Positions 42,128-54,343 of a DNA stretch of 64,000 nt are shown in pieces (the stretch's first letter is position 1; the number at the start of each line of letters is the position of its first letter). Location of the stretch: positions 57,660,001 through 57,724,000 of the forward strand of contig OX597817.1 in assembly GCA_951406725.2 (NCBI GenBank), read 5' to 3'. Made by a program: the position numbers and the translations under genes. The stretch is from Octopus vulgaris (Eukaryota). The notes beneath the pieces were generated by a model, which was not told where the DNA came from, ran no database searches, and saw nothing but the letters and a program-made list of their open reading frames with translations.

Positions 42128-42357
42128 ATCATCATCATTTAACATCCATTGTCCATGCTGGCATGGGTTGGACAGTTTGACCAGGGCTGGTAAGCTGGAA
42201 GGCTGCACCAGAATCCAATCTGTTTTGGCATGGTTTCAATGGCTGGATACCATTCCCAACGTCAACCACTCCGAGAGTGTAATGGGTGCTTTTGCATGTC
42301 ACCGGCACGGGTACCATTTGCATGACACTGGTATCTGCCACAACTGCATGTGTATAT

Positions 42358-42394
<37 letters not shown>

Positions 42395-42968
42395 TGGCAT
42401 GTGTATATAGATATATAGGCACAGGTGTGGATGTGTGATAAGAGGCTTGCTTTCCAAGCACAAGGTTCTGGTTTCAGTCCTGCAGTGTAACACCTTGGGC
42501 AAGGGTCTTCTACGGCCTCGGGCCAACAAAATCCTTGTCAGTGGATTCAGTAGAGGGAAACTGGAAGAAGCCTATCATATAGCATGAGTTGGATGGTTTG
42601 ACTGAGGACTGGTGAACCAGAAGGCTGCACCAGACTCAATCTGATCTAGCAAAGTTTCAACAGCTGGATGCCCTTCCTAACGCCAACCACTCTGAGAGTG
42701 TAGTGGGTGCTTTTACGTGCCACTGGCATGAGGGCCAGTCAGGCAGTTCTGGCAATGACCATGTTCAAAAGTGTTTTTTACGTGCTACCAACACGGGGAC
42801 CAGTCTAAGCAGCACTGAGAACGACCATGATCAAATGTTGATTTTCATGTGTCATTGGCTTAGCAAAAACATTAAGTACTGGGGTCAATTCATTCAACTC
42901 CAGTGCTCCAGTATGGCCACAGTCTAATGACTCAAACAAGTAAAAGATAAGATGCCTTTCTATTTATG

Positions 42969-42999
<31 letters not shown>

Positions 43000-44830
43000 G
43001 TCTAAGAGTCCATAAGTCAGGGAAGAAATGAACTCTTATATCTGTGTGTAGAGAGGGTATATCATCTGAAATGTACAGTATCACATATCCATTACAGCCA
43101 ATCTTATCAATTGGTTTTGTGCTAGGATTTCAGCGGAGTGTTTGGTATTTTATTCCATATCAGCTACCTCTGATGAGCATAGGGTTACATAATCAGATTG
43201 TTACTTAACACTCACTTGACTCCCTAGTGCGAAACTGATTGGTAAGACTGGACGTAACAGATATATAAGATTCTACACTTCGGATAATGTATGTGTGTGT
43301 GTATATCATCATCATCATCATCATCATCGTTTAACTTGATACCAGCAACTATGCTGGCTTGACAGATGAACACAAGCATGGTATATCGCCAAAGGACTTG
43401 GTCACCTGTCTCTGCCTCCATGAGACCCAGTGTCCAAATGGTGGTTTTTATGTGCCAGTCAGACAGCACTGGCATTGATCATGACTACGATTTCCCTCAG
43501 TTTGAGAGGTCTTCCCAAGCACAGCATATCGCTGAACAATTGAAGGGTACTTTTAAAGAGGTCGGTTATGTGACACTGGCATCAGTTATGACCTCACTCG
43601 GCTTGACGTCACTGCCTTCATGAGGCCCAATGCATGGAAGGTGCTTTTTACGTGCCACCAGCATGAGTGCCAGTCAGACAGCACTGGTATTCAGCCACGA
43701 ATACAATTTCACTTTATTCAATAGGTCTTTACAAGCACAGCATCGCCCAGTGATTGAAGGGTGCTTTTAATGGGTCAGTTAAATGACACTGGCATCGGCC
43801 ACGATTGATCTCACTTGGCTTGAGATCACTCTGCTAACAACTCAGAGTGTAGCGGGTGCTTTTTACATGCCACCAGCATGGGAGCCAGTCAGGCAACACT
43901 GGGATCGGCCACGTTCGGGTGGAGCTTTTTAAGTGCCATTGGCACAGGTGCCAGTCAGGGCGAGGGGGCTGGCATCGACCATATTCGGATGATGCTTTTT
44001 ACGTGCCACCGACACGGGGAGCTAGTCAGGTGGAACTGGCAATGACCCATGCATGAATGGTGCTTATTGCATGTCACCAGCATGGGAGCCAGTCAGGCGG
44101 CGCTGGCATTGGGCATAAGTACAACTTCCATTTGATTCTAATTTGACTTGATTTTGATTTACTTGACTCAATAAACCACTGTATGACAATGTACACTATC
44201 ATCATCATCACCACTATCACCATCATAACTATTATAATTACCACCACCACCACCACTGCCACAGCCAGTGAAATAAGTTTTAAGCTTTTGAAAACCATAC
44301 ATATAGAAATGTGCACCTACACACGTACACAGTTTGATGTTCCAGTAACCTATATAAAAACTCACACACACACACACACCAACACTGTTCTTGTCTTTTA
44401 TTGTTTTTGTTGTTTTGGCCACTGTCACTGTGACTGTAGGTGTTGTTATTGTGGTCAAACAAGTTGTAATTGTTGTTGTGTAAGGCCAGGGTCATTCTTG
44501 ACCCAATGGGTCTCAACACCCTGACATACAGTGATTTACATTGCTATTGTGTATAACCCTGTGTCAGTCCTGATTCAACAGAGTTCATACTTATGACATC
44601 ATCATTGCCATCTTCTAATGTCCAAACTCCATGCTGGCATGGGTTGGACAGTTCGACAGGATTCAATGGGTCCAAGGATAGGCATTGTGTTCCACTGCCT
44701 TCTTTGGCATGGTTTTTATGGCTGGATTCCCTTCCTGATGCCAACCACTTTACAGAGTGGGCTGGGTGAATTTTCTATGCCATTGGCACTAGTGTGGTTG
44801 CTATGCAGCTCACAAGACTTTGAAACTTGA
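42128..44830 (-). mobile_element. Cluster of RTE-tail repeats (42128-42345, 42580-42860, 43305-44170, 44595-44830)
   Basis: Consensus matches, including tandemly reiterated ttttacgtgccacc(a/g)gca subunits. Confidence 0.75.
43168..43246 (+). ncRNA. Partly decayed hammerhead ribozyme motif with long stem II loop
   Basis: CT-CTGATGA-GCATAGGG...CCCTAGTGC-GAAA-CTGATTGG-TA-AG; stem III consistent with CpG-decayed palindrome ACCGATCGGT; stem I only 2 bp. Confidence 0.55.
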
Positions 44831-45645
44831 GGCAGCAGGGTGGAGGGGCGATTTTATGCAATGAGACGAGGGGGTTGAGACAGAGTAGGATCTTGCTGTC
44901 ATGGACCTACATAACAACTCATATTTAGAAGAGATGGTGAGACTGGTCAATGGGAGAAGAAAAGAGATGAATATAAACAGTAGTGATGAGGTGTCCAGGT
45001 AACTCCTCAAAGATTGAGGGGAGTAGAGGTGAATGGGAACAGAGCAATCAGAATAAGGATTAACAAACTAACAACCCTGGGATTCTCCTGTGCGACCATA
45101 TCTGTTCCTAGAAGAGGGTCTCAGAGTGCATCCTGATGTACAGTGGTTTATATTGTTTTAGTTGTCGGATGTCACTGGATCAATCTTGATCCAATAGAGC
45201 TCAGACCTACAGCATGTATAAGGGTTGGTCAAATAACCCCACTGAAATTTACAAATAAAATCTGTCCCATTGAAGTGGTTCTGTTGTGTCCAGACATACA
45301 GGTTTTGGCTACATAAATAGTTTTAGTCTGGCCGTCTTGGTAGGTTGAACTTCCTTCACTGACCAGTCTTCATTTGTATGTTAGTTGTTGATGTGGAGTC
45401 TCAGGTCAGTTGAGACAGAGTAGTCATGTGACAAAGCGCATTCCAGTTATGAACATCCTGTTTTTGTTGGTTTTTTTTGTATACATGCATAGTATATCTA
45501 GGATTACAGTATCAAATGCGCTTTTCCTTGCTGTGACTATTAATGCTAGATTGATCCCCACCCACCACCAAATTGTTGGTCTTGGACTCTGCAATGCATT
45601 CGCATCCTGTTCAGGGGTTAATGTTAGCATCTTAGTCATTTACAC

Positions 45646-45866
45646 ATGAGGGTGCTGAAAAGTTCCTGGCTTTGGGTAAAAGAAAATACAGGAGGATCAG
45701 TTAATTACAGTTTTATTCAATATATTCCCATCTCAGACTTACACAATTATTGCAATGGTCCTTAAGTTTTTCTAAAACCTGTAAAGGAACTCGGAAGGTT
45801 GAGCCTTCAACCAGGTCTTTTGCAATATCATTAAAGCCAAGAATTTTTGAGGCCCCACCCCTCGTA
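45646..45866. mobile_element. Mariner-derived MITE
   Basis: TIRs gagggtgctgaaaagttcctggcttt / aaagccaagaatttttgaggccccacccctcgta; minus-strand LKDHCNNCVSLRWEYIE resembles the mariner transposase C-terminus. Confidence 0.75.
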
Positions 45867-46404
45867 TATGACATGAAAATGATGTAACCAGGCTTATGAG
45901 TCCTAGGGCTCAAAAAAGAGTATAAAAAACTGCCCCAAAATACAAACAATATTGGGGTTAACCCTGGTAGATTATACAGTTCTATATTTAAGAGATGAGG
46001 ACTGGCTCCTGTGCAGGTGGCACAAAAAAAAGCACCATTTGAGCGTGGCCATTGCCAGAACCGCCTAACTGGCCCTCATGCCGGTGGCACATAAAAGCAC
46101 CCACTACACTCTCAGAGTGGTTGGCATTAGGAAGGGCATCCGGCTGTAGAAACTCTGCCAGATCAAGATTGGAGTCTGGTGCAGCCATCTGGTTCAGACT
46201 CCAATCTTGATCTGGCAGAGTTTCTACAGCCGGATGTAGTCATGTGACAAAGCGCATTCCAGTTATGAACATCCTGTTTTTGTTTTTTTTTACATTTAAA
46301 TAATGTAAATAATGTACATAGTTCCTCCTCAGTCAAATCGTTCAACCCATGCTAGCATGGAAAGCGAATGTTAAATGATGATGAGGAGGAAGAGGAGGAA
46401 CTAT

Positions 46405-46732
46405 GTACATTATTTACATTATTTAAATTTGACAGATATTTGTCCTCATCTTGTTTGTTGTCAACACAACATTTTGGTTGATACACCCAAGGGAATATAG
46501 TGTAGTGGTTAAGAGCGCGGGCTACTAACACCAAGATTCCAACTTTGATTCCAAGCAGTGATCTGAATAATAATAATAATGATAACAACATTGAAAAATA
46601 ACTTAGGAATGAGAACTCAGGTTTGAAATTTCCCCAAGACACCTGATGAAGGCTGGAGGGTATATCAGCCGAAACATTGTGTTAACAACAAACAAGATGA
46701 GGACAAATATCCATCAAATGTAAATAATGTAC
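46405..46732 (+). mobile_element. tRNA-headed short element carrying a Penelope-type hammerhead motif, with inverted terminal copy
   Basis: tRNA-like head 46491-46565 (A box tagtgtagtgg, decayed B box tttgattcc), hammerhead core 46638-46683, arms 46405-46488 and 46658-46732 are inverted copies. Confidence 0.65.
46638..46683 (+). ncRNA. Minimal type I hammerhead ribozyme motif
   Basis: GACAC-CTGATGA-A-GGCTG(gagggtatat)CAGCC-GAAA-CAT-T-GTGTT: stem I GACAC/GTGTT, conserved core, stem II, vestigial stem III (ACGT in the related copy at ~48369). Confidence 0.7.
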
Positions 46733-47714
46733 CTGGTAGATTAGTTCTATATCAGTCAGTGGAACAGATAATTCCATGTTAGTCATTGAAAGTGAGAGAC
46801 AAGAAGCTCCAAATAAGAGAGAGACGAAGGACCTGTTCACTTTTGTCTTTCATTGTGTCCTGTGAATATACTCTTGGCTTTCATTGCTGTCTTTCTTTGA
46901 TTTATTGCTGCTTCCTGACCTCCCTCTTTTAGTGCAGCTGAGCACTGTATAGAATAAGCTCAGGCTTATGCAAGAAGGTGCAGTGAAGAATATGTTGGAA
47001 TTAAAATGGTAAATAGAAGACAGAAAAGAAGAAGAAATACATAAGAGTGAGTCAGGAGTTGTAGAAACACCAAGTTGATTTATAGGTGTAAGTAAACTGG
47101 GAGAAAACATAAAGATAATAATATATTATATATAAACACACACACATACATATTTCTGTGTGTGTGTGCGTAAAGAAATCTTAAGCAGTTGGCCACCCAA
47201 ACCAAATTTTGTAGCAGAAGCAACACAAGACGAGGTGAAATAGTTGTTTATGTCACTTCCTGACAGTGAGCCAGGTAAGGTTTCAATAGCTGACAGATTA
47301 ATTACAGGTGAGAATGGCAGAACAGTCACAAGACAGGAAGGAATATCACTTGAACAGATGCGTAGAACACTTTACAGCAGGAATATAGACCATTCCACCA
47401 ATAAGAGACAAAATAGTTATGTGTAAATATCTGGCAATTGGCCAGGAAATACTTACTAACTGGTTGAGTAATCTGTCACCAGGTATAATGCTTGCACCTA
47501 GTCTCAGGTGCTTGAAACAGTGTTGGGCGTTAAGCATTTAGATCAGGTCCTTACTATGAGATTAGGGTCTTCTCTGATGTCTCCCTTCAATCTCACAAGC
47601 CTTACAAAAAGTCCTTTCCCTTTTGATTAATCCAGAGGTGCTCAGTCATTTTTCTACCATTTGAGGGGACACTACAGACCAAATCTCTGTTGTATTGTTA
47701 ATAGGAAAAAAAAA

Positions 47715-47861
47715 TACTGTGTGGTAGGAAACTTGCTTCCCAACCACATGGTTCTGAGTTCAGTCCCACTGTGTGGAACCTAGGGCAAGTGTCTTCTACT
47801 ATAGCCTCGGGCCGACCAAACCCTTGTGAGTGGATTTGGTAGACGGAAACTGAAAGAAGCG

Positions 47862-47903
<42 letters not shown>

Positions 47904-48105
47904 AAGTATTTGTGTGTGTGTTTGTCCCCACCATCGCTTGACAACCGATGTTGGTGTGTTTACATCCTCATAACTTAGCAGTTTGGCAAAAAGGACTGAT
48001 AGAATAAGTACGAGGCTTACAAATAATAAGTCCTGGGTTTTATTTGTTTGACTAAAGCTGGTGCTCCAGCATGGCTGCAGTCAAATGACTGAAACAAGTA
48101 AAACA
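47715..48105 (+). mobile_element. Family B SINE copy
   Basis: Near full-length consensus match. Confidence 0.8.
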
Positions 48106-49229
48106 GAAAATTCTTGCTACAGGTATGAGAGTGTAGTTAAGAAGTTCAATCCCAGTTAAGAAGTTCAATCCCTTGAGTCAGTGTATCCAATTATAGCCCT
48201 GGGCTGACCAATGCCTTGTGAAAGAATTTGGTAGACAGAAACTGTGTGACAGCCTGTTGTGTGCGTGTGTATATATATATATATATATACACGCACACAT
48301 GTGTGCCTGTGTCATTGTGTTTGTCCAATATCTCCAAGACACGAAGGCTGGAGGGTATATCAGCTGAAACGTTGTGTTAACAACAAACAAGATGAGGACA
48401 AATATCCGTTAAATGTAAATAATGTAAATAATTCCTTATCTCTTAAATATAGAACTGTATGGTGTTGGTTTGTTTATGTCCCAGTAATTTCTTACTACAC
48501 AGCCACATCTGCACCTACCGCCATGCCTGTACTTCCATATCTTTTATATTCTTTTCCTTTAGTCATTAACTCCGGCTCACTCTTGCTCTGTGTAAGTTGT
48601 AAGGCTTTTTACATGTCGTCTTTGAGCTGTTTCAGTTAAAAGACTATTTATATTTCTTTGTGAAGCTACATATGAAGCATCATGTAAACTCTGTAAAGTG
48701 GTTGGCATCAGGAAGTTTCTAGTTGTAGAAACCATTCCAAAACAGACAATGGAACCTGGTGTGGCTCCTGGCCATGCAAGCTCCTGTCAAGCTGTCCAAC
48801 CCATGCCAGCATGGAAAAACAGACATTATATTACGATGAGGAGCAGCTTTCCAATTTAGCCTTTTTTTAAAGAAAACAGCCGAGTGTTTTGTGGTCACAT
48901 CAGGAAGTCTATAGAAGCACTTAGAATATTTAGCTGACATTTGATGAAAAACATGTTTTGGTAATATCATATTTTGTCAACACTCTCCTTTGACTATTCT
49001 GTCTCCTTCTGTTGTCCGTATTGTCTAATTGCTATTGTCATTCCCAGCTTTCCTTGTAAACCCCTTGATGAAATGCATTCCACATCTTCACTACCCTCCT
49101 CCCTCTCTCTCTCCCTCTCTCTATTTTTTGGGTTTTCTTTGTTTTCTGTATTTTTACTATCTGCAAGTCTTGTATTATCTCATTCTAACTTCTTTACATG
49201 CATCTTCCACATATATCTTGTAAATATAT

Positions 49230-49940
49230 GCAGTTCCCATTGCTTTTCAAATCTTCCTGCTGATACTCTCCATTCTCCTCTTTGAGTGTTCTTTAACCAT
49301 TCTGCTTCAGTTTCATGTTGTTTCTCCTCAGACCATACGTTTCACCAGAATCTTTTGCTTTCTTCAGCATCTGGCATGTCTTTTTCACCCTTTTCTTTCC
49401 CATCCAGTTCCTGATAGACTCGTTTCTTATTTTGTTTGAAAAGTCTGTTTAATCTGTATTGCTCAATTTTCTGTTCATATCTCTTTAGTTCATGTGATTT
49501 AGCTTTCAACCTCTGTTTTAATTCCTCAATCACAACATAGATTCCCTTTCTCTTCATCCTATACTTCCTCTCTACCTCAACACATTTCTCTTGCTGAGCT
49601 TCATTTCATTTTTTCCATTCCAGACTATTGTTTTCTAGTCTCGTTAATAGACTGCATTATTCTCCTTTTCCACCACGGTTCCTTCAGGTTATGTTGACAT
49701 TTACCATTGGCTTTTAAACCAAACTTCCGGGCTATAAAGATCGAGATTGCATTTATCAGATTGTTGGTGTCTGTGATATTGTCAGTCCCGATATCACCAG
49801 TGATATCATTTATTTTCCTGACCCATTCACTGAGTTTCTTTCTGTCTACTGTTTTAAACCCTGTATGAAAGCTCTTCACCAGAGGTCCAAAATCAATGAT
49901 TTCATTTAAAATGGATATCTCTTCCTCAGTTCTCTCATTA
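49230..49940 (-). mobile_element. R4/Dong-clade non-LTR retrotransposon remnant (region N-terminal to RT)
   Basis: Peptides KEPWWKRRI, EELKQRLKAKSHELKRYEQKIEQYRLNRLF and PDAEESKRFW resemble the pre-RT region of R4/Dong-like ORFs; abuts an (ATT)n tract at 49941. Confidence 0.75.
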
Positions 49941-50759
49941 CATTATTATTATTATTTTGCCAGAGGATTGGGCAAAATGTCTGTCAATATCTGTTCCTGG
50001 TCTTTGCATTTTGCCATTAATGCCTGTCTGAAACGGTACTGATGCCAAGTTTGTCAACTCAAATTGATAACCAATCAGTGGCGTGGAGAGGAGAGAATGG
50101 CATGGATGGATCATGCTAGTCTTCCTCAAAAAAAAAAAAAAAAGCTGCTTAGGTTTGCACACAGATGTGTAGATGTATGGTCAACCCTGATTGATGGAGG
50201 CCCTTAAGATGCCCTGGCTTCTCATCACTACCATTGCAATCTTCTTTCCAGCTACTCCCACTGACCCCTGTATAAGGCTGGGTGGCCACATAGCTTTTTT
50301 ACAGCAAGACATCTACGTTTGTCTCTCTATCATACTTTGACCTCTCAACACCTAGCAAAAAACTATCCCATCTCTGAAATACTCTCCTCATCACTTAGTC
50401 AAAGGGCATTTCCTTCTTTGGCTCTTTTCCTGTTTTGCAAGTTACCTGGCAACCCCACTAAAGTCAGTGGCATGAAAACAAAAAAACAAAAAAAACACCC
50501 AAAAACATCCAGCAGACACTCTGAAGTGGTTGGCATTTGGAAGGGCAGCCAGACAAACCATGTTAAAGCTGACATTTGAGCTTGATGTAGCCTTGCAGCT
50601 TGCTGGATCCTGTCAACATGGAAAACGGACAGTAAATAATAACTATGATGATATATGCATAATTTCTATTTGTAGATTTGTCATATGTGATCTCTTAAGC
50701 ACCACCAGCTCAAATATTTTCTCCTCTGTCTTCCCTCCTTGGGATCTTTCCTTCTCCTT

Positions 50760-50794
50760 GTTTCCGACGAAGAGCTCCGCTCGAAACGTTAAAC
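50760..50794 (+). ncRNA. Minimal type I hammerhead ribozyme motif (U4C core variant) in a PLE-like terminal repeat (~50690-50910)
   Basis: GTTT-CCGACGA-A-GAGC(tcc)GCTC-GAAA-CGT-T-AAAC: stem I GTTT/AAAC, stem II, palindromic ACGT stem III. Confidence 0.65.
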
Positions 50795-51085
50795 CCTCCT
50801 TCCCTTCTTTCCTGAGCGTCAATAATACTTTAATTGTTCCACGTCCTGCGTTGCTGTGTTTTTTTCTCTTTTTTCTCTCTTTTTTTCTGTGTTTTCTTGT
50901 TTGGATTAACTTTATATATATATATATATATATATGAGTAGCTGTGTGGAAAGAAGCTTGCTTCCCAACCACATGGTGCTGGATTCAATCCCACAATGTG
51001 GCACCTTGGGCAAGAGTCTTCTACTATAGTTCCTGGCTGACCAAAGCATTGTGAGTGGATTTGGTAGCTGGAAACTGAACGAAGC

Positions 51086-51136
<51 letters not shown>

Positions 51137-51139
<3 letters not shown>

Positions 51140-51421
51140 CCCTTTTCAAGCCTAGCCAGGCTCATGGGCCTGGTTTCTGTGGCGTATGTGTTCCCCACTA
51201 GCTGGACGGGATGCCAGTCCATCACAGCGTTACTCAAGAAACAGGAAGAAAGAGTGAGAGAAAGTTGGGGCGAAAGAGTACAATAGGGGTCACACCCCCT
51301 CCCACTGCGGGAGCCTCGTGGAGCTTTAGGTGTTTTTGCTCAATAAACACACACAACGCCCGGTCTGGGAATTGACACCGCGATCCTCCGACCACAAGTC
51401 CACTGCCCTAACAACTGGGCC
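51137..51421 (-). mobile_element. tRNA-derived SINE family C, tail type 2
   Basis: Same head and body as 14440-14620 but a different 3' part. Confidence 0.8.
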
Positions 51422-51457
<36 letters not shown>

Positions 51458-52593
51458 ATATATATGTCTGTATGTATATACCTATGTATGTGCCCCACCA
51501 CTACATGACAACTGGTGTTGGTCTGTTTATGTCCCTGTAACTCAGTGGTTCAGCAAAACGGGACCAACAGAATAAGTACCAGGCTTAATTCATTTGACTA
51601 AAAATTCTTCAAGGCAGTGCCCCAGCATGGCCACAGTCTAATGACTGAAAGATATAAGTGGTAAATGACAAAAGATGTTATATATTATTATTATTATTAT
51701 TATCATTTTAAATATTAAGTCCTTGTCTATCTTTATACATTCACAATGTTAGGAAGGGCATCCTCATTAGGAAGGGCACCCCGTTAGGAAGGGCATCCAG
51801 CTGTAGAAACTCTGCCAGATCAAGATTGAAGCCTGGTGCAGCCATCTGGTTCGCCAGCCCTCAGTCATTCGTCCAACCCATGCTAGCAAGGAAAGCGGAC
51901 ATTAAACAATGATGATGATGATGAACATGGTTATATTTTTATATTTTCATATTTTTTTCGATTTTATATAATTTCCAGACAAGTCTTTTCTAACATAGTT
52001 TTTGCTGCAATCCTCAGCACCTAAGTGACAAGGTAAATATTCCCAGATAAAAACAACAGCTATCGCTTTCATCGTGACCTGAACCTCTCCCATGTGGTCC
52101 ACAGCAAACACCACATTGGTCAATGCTGAAGGAAGAGGTGCAGCCACGTATTATTCAATGAAACAACAACAACAAATACAGGATTAAGCGTGTGAAGCCT
52201 CCTTCCTTCATTCTGACCCAAAACTTTATTATCTGCTCTACAGCAAGTGGGACTGCCAGGCAGTTGCTGCACAAAATTGTATATAAATCTCTTCTTCTTC
52301 TTGTTGTTATGCAATATCCACCCCTCTTCTACCTTCTTCATTGCAGCATAAATTGCATAATTTACTTAGTGCAAAGTTGGATTGCAGTTGCATTGCATAT
52401 GTTTATGCACGTATGTATGTATACACTTTTTGACACACACACACACGCATTTGCAGCAGTCTAATGTAATACATAAACCATCCTGAAACAAGTTGCAGCA
52501 GCCAGTATGTAGGTGCACTACATTCACTTGGTGCATACTAGTTGTGCAGCTAGCTGCAAGCTTCCAGCTGTAATTGTCCTCATTATGACTCAC

Positions 52594-52800
52594 TCTTCAG
52601 ATCGTTGACCTCTCCTTGAGCAACATAAGTAGGCAGAGAAGAGGAAACGAGTGGTGGGTAGAGGACATGTTGCTTTTAGAGAGAGGCGGCGGGGGGAGGG
52701 GAGAGGGGGAGGACGTCCTCATTGTTTTTGTTGTGTGTGAGGAAGAGGAGGTAAGAGAAAGAGAAAGAGGGAGGGAGGAGAGAAGGGGAGAGAGAGAGTG
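52594..52800 (-). other. Candidate first (non-coding) exon of the CREBL2-like gene
   Basis: Unique, relatively GC-rich segment with donor AAGA|gtgagt at 52594/52593 and a CT-rich leader on the minus strand; no ATG-initiated ORF open to the donor. Confidence 0.25.
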
Positions 52801-52979
52801 TGGGTTTTTTTCTTTTATTAATTTATGAGATAATGATTAGAGTGCAGACACACATATGCACATTAATGTACATGCATTAACACACACACACATACACACA
52901 CACATATTTGTGTGTGTGTGTGTCTATGAGAAACAAGTAAGCTGTGAAGTGAAAGACGCCCATACACATAAATGTGCAA

Positions 52980-53150
52980 ACGTGTGGGTTTGGGTCATGT
53001 TGTGCAGGTATGAGCGGACATTGACCTGACTGCGGAGGGTGAAGGTTTTGGAAAGGGTACGGTGTGGGGAAGTTCCCCAGCTGGGACTAAATCACAGAAA
53101 AAACACACACGCACGCACACACTCACATTGGCATCATGGCCGTTTTAACT
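52980..53150. promoter_or_regulatory. Candidate promoter/enhancer with NF-kB-type site GGGGAAGTTCCCC (53066-53078) and a TGACCT half-site
   Basis: Non-repeat, CpG-containing segment immediately upstream (minus sense) of the candidate first exon; motif fits GGGRNNYYCC. Confidence 0.25.
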
Positions 53151-53402
53151 TCCTCGTTTCCAGGCTTTCACGGGTCGGACATTATATATTACTCTCTCAC
53201 TTGTTTGTAATTTGATTGCAGCCATGCTGGAGCACCAGCTTTAGTTAAGCAAATCGACCTCAGGACTTATTCTTTGTAAGCCCAGTACTTAATCTATCAG
53301 TCTCTTTTGCCGAACCGCTAAGTTACGGGGACGTAAACACACCAGCATCGTTTATCAAGAGATGGTGGAGTGACACACAAATACACATACACACACACAC
53401 AC

Positions 53403-53880
53403 CATCATCATCATCATCATATAATGTCTGCTTTCCATGCTAGCATGGGTTGGACGATTTGACTGAGGACTGGCAAACCAGATGGCTGCGCCAGGCTCCA
53501 ATCTGATCTGGCAGAGTTTCTACGGTTGGATGCCCTTCCTAATGCCAACCACTCCGAGAGTGTAGCGGGTGCTTTTATGTGCCACTGGCATGAGGGCCAG
53601 TCAGGTGGTACTGGCAACAGTCATGCTCGAAATGGTGTTTTTTACGTGCCGCCTGCACAGGAGTCAGTCCAGCGGCACTGGCAATGACCTCGCTTGAATG
53701 TTTTGTTCATGTTCCACTGGCACAAGTGCCAGTAAGGTGACGCTGGTAACGATCATGCTCAAATGGTGCTTTTTACATGCCGCCTGCACGGAAGCCAGAC
53801 AGCTGCTCTGGCAGTGATCCCGCTCGGATGTTAGCTGTTAGTGCTCCACTGGCACGGGTGCCAGTCATCGAATTTGGTTT
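53403..53880 (-). mobile_element. RTE-tail repeat, long form
   Basis: Consensus match with (CAT)n start on the plus strand. Confidence 0.85.
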
Positions 53881-53989
53881 AAGGCTTCTTCCAGTTTCCA
53901 TTCTCACAAGGCTTTGGTTGGCCCGAGGCTGCAGTAGAAGACACTTGCCCAAGGTGCTACGCAGTGGGACTGAACTATATATATATATA

Positions 53990-54343
53990 TAAAAAATTTT
54001 AAAATAGGATAAAATCTTTAAAGGAATTTATCAAGTAGTCAGCGTGAAAAACCTCATAAGGGAAAAATTCATAATTAATTCCTTTAAATATATCTATTTA
54101 TATTAAGGGCATTACTACATGTAAATGCCTCACGCTATAAGCGACTCTTAAAGTCAAAACTACCATAATGAATACAGTGTACCGAATGTGAGGGAATGCA
54201 AATCTTGAACCGAACCCTTAAAAACAGATTCAACCGCAAATCATACATGATTTCGTAGTGTACAAAATACCCTTTCTAATCGTCAGTGCAGGCATAATCA
54301 AAACACACAAAAATAGCGTGAGGCATTTACGTGTAGTAATGCC

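Noticed and set aside
46491-46565. Possible tRNA gene
   Set aside because: B box decayed and acceptor stem does not pair; it is a SINE-type head. The same applies to the heads of families A-C.
51979-52032. Plus-strand 54-nt exon-like segment (ttccag|...AAG|gtaaat)
   Set aside because: Stops in all three frames and no partner exons identified.
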